Assembly (NCBI GenBank): GCA_030433255.1
Contig: JAUIMI010000002.1
Location: 65,177 to 129,176 of the forward strand
Direction of reading: 5' to 3'
Source of the DNA: a bacterium
Lineage (GTDB): Bacteria > Patescibacteriota > Minisyncoccia > Phycocordibacterales > UBA1006
Length of the DNA stretch: 64,000 nucleotides
Shown: piece after piece, positions 57,897 through 64,000 of the stretch
Layout: each line of letters begins with the position of its first letter
Numbering within the stretch: the stretch's first letter is position 1
Position numbers and translations under genes: made by a program
Notes under the pieces: generated by a model
Told to the model about the DNA's origin: nothing
Database searches by the model: none
Seen by the model: the letters and a program-made list of their open reading frames with translations, nothing else

Positions 57897-58078
57897 TTTA
57901 TATTTATATAAACAAAAAGAGCCCTTAAGATAAGGTCTCTTTTTGCAGGATGTTAATGACTCAAAAAATTATCGTTGGATAACTCGCGTCACTCACAATA
58001 TATATAATACACGAACTAATTTTTTTGTCAAGTTTTATTTTATTCTATATTTCTTACCATAGAAATAAAGAAAAAAAT

Positions 58079-58537
58079 ATGAAACATGCAATACATTCAA
58101 AGCATATTACTCTTGTTGAGCTAAGAGATTTGTGTAGCGAATTAGGTATTACTTCTGTGTTTGAGTATAAACTTAAGTATGCTGCTCGTGCTCACGAAGA
58201 CCTTGTGTATATGCCTAATGTTACATACAAGAAAGAATGGGTCGAACAAGGTGGATGGGATTTTCTTTTCTCCTCAATTAAAAACCAAGGAAAACCAAGA
58301 AGAACCAAGAAAATTAGTGTTGGTAGTGTTAAGAGTAAAAAGAACGTTAAAACACAAGCAACAATGCCGCCAGTAACTACTTCAGTTGTGGAATATGTTG
58401 AACATAAGAATTACAATGCAAAAGGTAGGGGTGAGGATGGCTATTGGAATATTAAAGCACTAGCAAAAAAAGTCCGCAAATATAACATTCAAACACCTGA
58501 TGTTTATTATAAATACGCATCGTTGTTCACTGATTGA
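58079..58537 (+). CDS. hypothetical basic protein (152 aa)
   Basis: Start taken at the internal Met MKHAIHSK; Lys-rich C-terminus. Confidence 0.35.
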   Translation: MKHAIHSKHITLVELRDLCSELGITSVFEYKLKYAARAHEDLVYMPNVTYKKEWVEQGGWDFLFSSIKNQGKPRRTKKISVGSVKSKKNVKTQATMPPVTTSVVEYVEHKNYNAKGRGEDGYWNIKALAKKVRKYNIQTPDVYYKYASLFTD

Positions 58538-58692
58538 CCTCGTAATCCAGATATTCATTATGAAAATTGGACTTCATGGGACTCTTTTTTGTTAGATCCT
58601 ATAAGTATTTTTTCAAAACAATTAGAATTCAACGAAGATTAAAAATAAAACCATTGTTATTTAGCAATGGTTTTTATGGTATAACACTATAT

Positions 58693-59142
58693 ATGAAAAA
58701 AATTCTCTATATTGATATGGATGGAGTTATTGTTGATTTTGATTCTGGTATTTCTGCACTAAATGAAGAAGAGAGAGAATTGTATAAAAATAATTATGCG
58801 CAATGCCCTTCTATTTTTTCTAGAATGAAACCAATCCCACAAGCAATTGATTGTGTTCATGAGTTATCTGAAATATTTGATGTTTACATACTTTCTAGTC
58901 CAAGTTGGGGTAATGCAAGCGCTTGGTCTGATAAATATGAATGGATAGAAGAATATATTCCTTCTATGGAACGAAAACTTATACTTTCAAGTCAGAAACA
59001 TCTTAATCGTGGTGATTATATCATTGATGATCGTTTACATAATGGTGTTTCACAGTTTCAAGGTGAGCACATACATTTTGGAACAAGTGATTACCCTGAT
59101 TGGGATAGTGTTATGAGGTATTTAAAAAATAAAGCAGAGTAA
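58693..59142 (+). CDS. 5'(3')-deoxyribonucleotidase-like HAD phosphatase (NT5C family)
   Basis: HAD motif I YIDMDGVIVDF at the N-terminus; about 150 aa. Confidence 0.55.
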   Translation: MKKILYIDMDGVIVDFDSGISALNEEERELYKNNYAQCPSIFSRMKPIPQAIDCVHELSEIFDVYILSSPSWGNASAWSDKYEWIEEYIPSMERKLILSSQKHLNRGDYIIDDRLHNGVSQFQGEHIHFGTSDYPDWDSVMRYLKNKAE

Positions 59143-59160
59143 TCTGCTTTATTTTTTTTG

Positions 59161-59233
59161 TCGGGGAGCCGGGATTCGAACCCGGAGTCACTCGTACCCA
59201 AAACGAGCATGTTAGCCGTTACACCACACCCCG
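59161..59233 (-). tRNA. tRNA-Pro (anticodon UGG)
   Basis: Minus strand: CGGGGTG acceptor, anticodon stem CTCGT, loop TTTGGGT, stem ACGAG, T-arm CCGGGTTCGAATCCCGG. Confidence 0.8.
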
Positions 59234-59264
59234 ATAACAAGATTATAGTAACATATAATCGTTT

Positions 59265-59771
59265 TTGAGCAATGGGAGTGCTATACTCTTATATATGAGA
59301 ATTTCTAATCCTTACAAGTACTCTAATGGTTATATTTTTCTACCATTAAGAAATTTAAACCTTGATAATCTTCACCCTACTATTGTTTTATTTGGTGATA
59401 ATTATTATTTAAAATCAGAGTTCCACGTAAGTTTAATATGTGTAAAAGAGGACCTTCGGGAAAACCCGCTCATTACTGAGGCTAATATTGTTGACATTTT
59501 TAATGGTTTTGTCGGGAAAATACCGCTTCAAAAAGTTGAGTACCTTGATGAGTACCGTATAGCCACCCACCCTGATGGTAGGAAAAGTATTATTCAAAAA
59601 GTAAATATTCGTGGTGTTGAAGGGTTATTTACTGAATTACGGAAAAAATTACATATTACTATTAATACTCAGCCGCTACATGTAACCATATATACCCTAC
59701 AGGGAGGTAGAGGAATTGGCATTAATAATATTGAAGATTATAATAACACCATTGAGATACGTTTTAGGTAG
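59265..59771 (+). CDS. hypothetical protein (168 aa)
   Basis: ORF between tRNA-Pro and the palindrome-rich yraN locus. Confidence 0.35.
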   Translation: MSNGSAILLYMRISNPYKYSNGYIFLPLRNLNLDNLHPTIVLFGDNYYLKSEFHVSLICVKEDLRENPLITEANIVDIFNGFVGKIPLQKVEYLDEYRIATHPDGRKSIIQKVNIRGVEGLFTELRKKLHITINTQPLHVTIYTLQGGRGIGINNIEDYNNTIEIRFR

Positions 59772-59924
59772 TGTTTCACGGTTTCTCAAAATAGTTTTTT
59801 GTTAAAATCTAAATTATTAGTAATTTCTCATAAAAAGGTTGTTTCATATGAAACAACCTTTTTATATGAGATGAAGTTACATACCAATTAACATGTTTCA
59901 TATGAAACATGTTAATGAGGAGGG

Positions 59925-60317
59925 TTAGAATATGTTTTTGATTCGTTCTATTTTGTGTTTAACGTTTCTTTTATCTATATAAACAAGATACACATCAAAT
60001 TGTGTTTCATATGAAACATTATGATCTTCTATGTATTTAAACATGGTTTTTTGGAATCTTTTAATTTTTTCACGTGTAACATTTTCCGCTGGATTATATG
60101 TTGTTTCACGTGAAATATTATTTGTGTTTTCACATGAAACACTTTTTACCTCAATAAAATAAATTATATTTGTTTTCTCTGCTATTATATCTATTTCTCC
60201 TGATCGTGCTGTGTAGTTTCTCTCTATTATTTTATAGTTATTATTTTTTAACCATTTTGCACATATTTCTTCGCCAAGTTCACCGGTTTTTTGTGTTTTT
60301 GAAGTAAAACGTTTCAT
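59925..60317 (-). CDS. yraN: YraN/UPF0102-family PD-(D/E)xK nuclease-like protein
   Basis: GEIDIIAEK...IYFIEVKSVS core and C-terminal FDVYLVY align with YraN (GGEIDLI...VFVEVRYR...FDVVAF); 130 aa. Confidence 0.65.
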   Translation of the reverse strand: MKRFTSKTQKTGELGEEICAKWLKNNNYKIIERNYTARSGEIDIIAEKTNIIYFIEVKSVSCENTNNISRETTYNPAENVTREKIKRFQKTMFKYIEDHNVSYETQFDVYLVYIDKRNVKHKIERIKNIF

Positions 60318-60761
60318 ATGAAACTATTTTATCATGATATATGTTTCAACGGCATGAGTGTTTCATATGAAACACTCATAAGTAGTCCTTAGAAATATAT
60401 AATACCTCTATATTATTTCCTTTGTCTTTTATAAAAGACAAATTATAAATGTATATACCTTGTCTTTTATCCCCTTTATACCCGAAGTTATCCACAGGTT
60501 GCTTAATTCAAGTTTTCTGTTCCTTTCTATCTTATTATGTTTTCAGCTAATTCTACTATATTTTCAATTAGATAGTGTTATTTGATTGGACAAAATATTG
60601 CGTCTTTTTTTATTTTGTTGTTTGTTTTCTTGATTTTTTTGATAATTTGTTTTATTTTTACTTGTTTCCTATATTTTTTATTATTTAAAGTAATTTTATT
60701 ACTGAATACTTGATTTAAATAGAGAAATATCTATACTTGGTTCAGCTTTATTAAAGTTTTT

Positions 60762-60833
60762 CCACCTGTGGTGAAATGGATATCACAACGGTCTTCGGAA
60801 CCGTTATTCCAGGTTCGAGTCCTGGCGGGTGGA
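60762..60833 (+). tRNA. tRNA-Arg (anticodon UCG)
   Basis: Acceptor CCACCTG/CGGGTGG (one G-U pair), D-arm GTGAAATGGATATCAC, anticodon stem-loop ACGGT-CTTCGGA-ACCGT, T-arm CCAGGTTCGAGTCCTGG. Confidence 0.7.
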
Positions 60834-60931
60834 CATAAAAGAAAAAAGAACAAGGTTTCTCTTGTTCTTTTTTCTTGCGCTATTTATATAAATTAGTATT
60901 GTTAAAATTAAATCTTAAAACTAAATATATT

Positions 60932-61606
60932 ATGCCAAGTATTGTTGTTTACGAAAAAAATACCTTTTCTTTTTTAAAGAGCAAATTACACAATCTGGGT
61001 TTTAGAATGTTATCTCAAAAAGAAGTAGATACTATATTTAAAACCCTTGATTTTAAGGAACCAAGAAATCAAGAGACTGATCCGCGAAAAAATATTCCGT
61101 TTCAGTTTGAATCTAATTATCTTAAAATTACTGTATGGACAAGTTTTCATAGGGATACCTATACAACGACACCTGGTCATTGTGCTTGGGTTATTGTTCA
61201 ATTAGGAGATGTAAGAATTTGGTCATCTCCTCAAATTCGTAGGACTAAGAATTTTTTAGCAAGACTTATTCATTGGGTAACTATTATGAAAGTTTTTGCT
61301 GAAAACAGACCTCTCTGTAAGCAATGTTCTAAAAGAATGCAAAAAACCTTAGACAAGAAAGGGAATAGAAAATGGGTTTGTACTCAAATACATCATCATG
61401 GTAATAGTCAAAAGGTATACCAGTCATGGAACTATTTTAAGCAATTTCTTGATTCTACAGAGATGAAGTTTTTTGCTGAGTGGGAGCGACAGCAAAATAG
61501 ATATGTAAAATGGCGTAAGGACTCAGGATTGCGTGTTCATAAAATCGGAAGTACTCGTAATTCTTGGGAAGTACAGAAACGAGAGAATCTTGTTTCTGTG
61601 GTATAA
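60932..61606 (+). CDS. hypothetical protein with a CxxC...C/H-rich Zn-ribbon-like segment
   Basis: CKQCSKRMQ...WVCTQIHHHG. The start is uncertain; the ORF track begins at 60875. Confidence 0.35.
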   Translation: MPSIVVYEKNTFSFLKSKLHNLGFRMLSQKEVDTIFKTLDFKEPRNQETDPRKNIPFQFESNYLKITVWTSFHRDTYTTTPGHCAWVIVQLGDVRIWSSPQIRRTKNFLARLIHWVTIMKVFAENRPLCKQCSKRMQKTLDKKGNRKWVCTQIHHHGNSQKVYQSWNYFKQFLDSTEMKFFAEWERQQNRYVKWRKDSGLRVHKIGSTRNSWEVQKRENLVSVV

Positions 61607-61640
61607 CTTAAAAAAACCACTCAATTGAGTGGTTTTTGTT

Positions 61641-63398
61641 TTACGCTAGGTATTTATGAATATCTTCTTTCGTCATTCCTACTTTTTTACCTGGGTTAAA
61701 AATATTTTTTGGATCCATGATATTTTTAATTTTTGTAAATATACTCATCATTTCGCTCCCAAACATTTGTGGTAGAAATGGTGTCCGGACAATTCCATCA
61801 TTATGTTCCGCAGTAATTGAACCATTATATTCCAAGGCAAGCGCATATACCTTCTCAGAGATTTCAACTATGTGGTCTTTGTTTTGCTGCTTATTCATGT
61901 CAGCAAGAGGTATGATGTGGAAATTTCCATTCCCAAGATGCCCTGCAATAGTGTACATAAACTCATTTTTGTATTCATCAAGAATAGTAATGAGCCGTGG
62001 TAGGTATTCAGGTAGGTATTCAGGGTTTACTGCAATATCATCAATAAATGGAGCTGTTCGAGTTCCTGACCCTTCGGCACGTGATTTAATTGAATGTTCG
62101 GTGAGGAGTTTAAAACTGTCGTGTCTAAAGTCCCAATACTTTTGAGAGGCTCTCCCTTTTACAATGAATGATTTTAGATTTGGTATTTCTGATTGTAAGT
62201 CTTCAAATTCCTTAAGTACTTCTTGATGAACTTTTTCTGGATTATTGTCTGCACTTTCAGCAAGAACAATAAATTTAGGTACACCACCTGTTATCGCCAT
62301 CCAAAATTCAGGTAAGAATCTTATTGAATACCGAATTGCTTGGAAAAATCCCTTATCTTTGATGAAATCTTTAAAGAATTTTACTCCAATTTTAAAAGTG
62401 TTATCGTCATAGAGCTCTATGGTATCAAGGTCGTGTTTTTTTAATACATTAACAATTTTTGGTAACTGATGAATATCATTTACAAATGAAACAATCATTT
62501 CTTCTTTGTTTTCATGTTCTGTTAGTTTATATGTCACCTCAGATATAATTCCTGTGGTACCTTGTGCACCAACAATAAGTTTTGTAAGGTCAAATGTTCC
62601 ACTTCCTTTTTCAAATGCTTCGATTGATGGAGCATCAATAACATCCCATACTAGATATCCTGCCGAGTTTTTTGTTGTTTGAGGTTTTTTTGATTGAATG
62701 AGCTCCCAATTATTTTTTATGAGTTCATATATATCTCGGACAATATCAGAGAGAAAGGTTTTTTTTGTGATGAGTTTGCGCAATTCATCATAGTTTAATG
62801 GCTCAAGAGTGTATTGATTTCCATCCGCAAGAATAACCTTTAGTTTTTCTACAAAGTGTTTATTCTGGCCATACTTTAGTGATTTTTCACCAGCTCCGTT
62901 ATTAGCAACCATTCCGCCAATCGCACAGAGTTTTCGTGAGGCAGGGAAGGTTGGCATGAGCATATTATGTTTCATTGTTTCTTTCTCAAAAGGAATATAT
63001 TTTGTTCCTGGCTCTACCGTTGCCTTACCGGTAATAGGATATGAAAAATTTTCACGCGTCGATTGTGTTCCAAAATCTCCAAGTTCAATGCTCCCAATGC
63101 TATTCATATATTTTGTTACATCAACAATAATAGAATGATTCAGTGACCCTCCAGACATACCGGATCCAGCGGCTCGAGCGGTTAATGACAATTTCTTTGG
63201 AGTATTCTTTGCATTGTATTCATTAACGTACGAAACAAGGTGCTCTAAATCTTGTGCGTGTTTCGGGTACACCACCATATCTGGCATAATTTTAAACAAA
63301 GACCAATCAGTGCTGTGGTTAACTAATTCTTGAGTATCTATAGTTACATCACCTTCTAGTATTTTTGAAAGGTCTATTTTGATTTCATCGTAATTCAT
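61641..63398 (-). CDS. FAD-linked oxidoreductase (FAD_binding_4/PCMH; D-lactate dehydrogenase or GlcD-like)
   Basis: VVYPKHAQDLEHLVSYVNE...TARAAGSGMSGGSL FAD-binding fold near the N-terminus; 585 aa. Confidence 0.55.
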   Translation of the reverse strand: MNYDEIKIDLSKILEGDVTIDTQELVNHSTDWSLFKIMPDMVVYPKHAQDLEHLVSYVNEYNAKNTPKKLSLTARAAGSGMSGGSLNHSIIVDVTKYMNSIGSIELGDFGTQSTRENFSYPITGKATVEPGTKYIPFEKETMKHNMLMPTFPASRKLCAIGGMVANNGAGEKSLKYGQNKHFVEKLKVILADGNQYTLEPLNYDELRKLITKKTFLSDIVRDIYELIKNNWELIQSKKPQTTKNSAGYLVWDVIDAPSIEAFEKGSGTFDLTKLIVGAQGTTGIISEVTYKLTEHENKEEMIVSFVNDIHQLPKIVNVLKKHDLDTIELYDDNTFKIGVKFFKDFIKDKGFFQAIRYSIRFLPEFWMAITGGVPKFIVLAESADNNPEKVHQEVLKEFEDLQSEIPNLKSFIVKGRASQKYWDFRHDSFKLLTEHSIKSRAEGSGTRTAPFIDDIAVNPEYLPEYLPRLITILDEYKNEFMYTIAGHLGNGNFHIIPLADMNKQQNKDHIVEISEKVYALALEYNGSITAEHNDGIVRTPFLPQMFGSEMMSIFTKIKNIMDPKNIFNPGKKVGMTKEDIHKYLA

Positions 63399-63495
63399 AT
63401 TCGTAGTATATCATTTTTAATACGCTTTCTTGTATTGATACATATAATAAAAAAGATTTATAGCGTAATAAAAAGTACATGGGTATACTATAGAC

Positions 63496-64000
63496 ATGAA
63501 TAAACTAAACAGAAAAGAGATAAAAAAAATATTTGATGAACTTGATATTGATCTTTCTATTGGAGTGAAAGATTCAGATTTAGAAAACCGAAAAAAACAA
63601 TTTGGGACGAACAAGATAGAGCCGAAAAAAAGAGAAAATATATTGATACTTTTTCTTAAAGAATTAAAAAACCCCTTGAATGCTATTCTTATTCTGGCAG
63701 GTATTTTAACTCTTTCTCTGGGTGAACATTTAGATATGTTCGTTATTTTTGCAGCTGTTTTGGTTAACGTATGTATTACTCTCTTTCAAGAGTCACGAAC
63801 AAATAAAACATTTCAAAAATTACATACTTCAAAGGTGTTTGATGTTCTTGTTTTAAGAAATGGACAAAAGGAGGTTGTTCAGGCTGGTGAACTTGTTGTT
63901 GGGGATATTGTATACCTTAACGCTGGAGACAAAATCCCAGCAGATGTACGAGTTATTGAGTACTCTGAGTTTATGGTGGACGAATCATCTTTTACCGGTG
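63496..64000 (+). CDS. P-type cation-transporting ATPase (Ca2+/Mg2+ type), N-terminal part; continues beyond the window
   Basis: Cation_ATPase_N-like region (ELKNPLNAILILAGILTLSLG), TM1-2, and an actuator-domain start VVGDIVYLNAGDKIPADVRVIE... Confidence 0.75.
   Translation, partial: MNKLNRKEIKKIFDELDIDLSIGVKDSDLENRKKQFGTNKIEPKKRENILILFLKELKNPLNAILILAGILTLSLGEHLDMFVIFAAVLVNVCITLFQESRTNKTFQKLHTSKVFDVLVLRNGQKEVVQAGELVVGDIVYLNAGDKIPADVRVIEYSEFMVDESSFTG

Noticed and set aside
59770-60380. CRISPR array interpretation of the GTTTC...GAAAC palindromes
   Set aside because: The repeat core is only 14 bp and the spacing is irregular. Copies lie inside a protein-coding gene in frame, and there are no cas genes nearby.

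Overview
This is a low-GC (roughly one-third GC by eye), gene-dense bacterial chromosomal window that uses the standard genetic code: long ORFs such as the 790-aa PolA and the 971-, 1017- and 1093-aa proteins are intact without UGA recoding. It spans the replication-origin neighbourhood. dnaA and dnaN lie on the minus strand, with DnaA-box clusters on both sides of dnaA, and a divergent rpmH-rnpA-yidC-jag operon follows. Recombination, replication and core genes are scattered around it: ruvA, ruvB, ruvC, a short yebC, polA, a short holA-like gene, class A PBP, tsaE, an RluA-family pseudouridine synthase, a SpoU methyltransferase, tig-clpP and hup. There are five tRNAs: Lys-UUU, Gly-UCC, Pro-UGG, Arg-UCG, each called from its cloverleaf. 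Type IV pilus parts are present (a PilB/GspE ATPase with a C-terminal extension and a prepilin), together with many secreted or lipoprotein-like hypothetical proteins. Several of these share a C-terminal module made of a Cys motif plus a peptidoglycan-binding domain. The feature that stands out is a 15-kb co-directional cluster on the minus strand (36096-51290) between jag and tig. It resembles a Gram-positive/Tn916-type (MPF-FATA-like) type IV secretion apparatus: a VirB4 ATPase that appears split into two non-adjacent ORFs, a VirB6/TrbL-like polytopic protein, a PrgI/VirB3-like two-TM protein, a protein with a VirB2-like TM hairpin, a PG-binding membrane protein and large secreted proteins. 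No relaxase, coupling protein or integrase is visible. Other oddities are a tRNA-flanked islet (57.9-60.9 kb) holding an NT5C-like nucleotidase and a YraN-family nuclease gene studded with at least seven copies of a 14-bp palindrome GTTTCATATGAAAC that sit in longer perfect palindromes with different arms; an M64-like metallopeptidase gene broken by an A7 frameshift; an FG-GAP surface protein whose signal peptide is separated from the body by one in-frame TGA; a GC-rich structured island in the long pilB leader; and a recurring extended -35 motif, ACTTGACAA. Short YidC and YebC, a DUF721-like loader next to dnaN, the lack of clear Shine-Dalgarno sequences and the abundance of surface proteins fit a reduced-genome lineage, possibly CPR/Patescibacteria-like. 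That placement is inference only.
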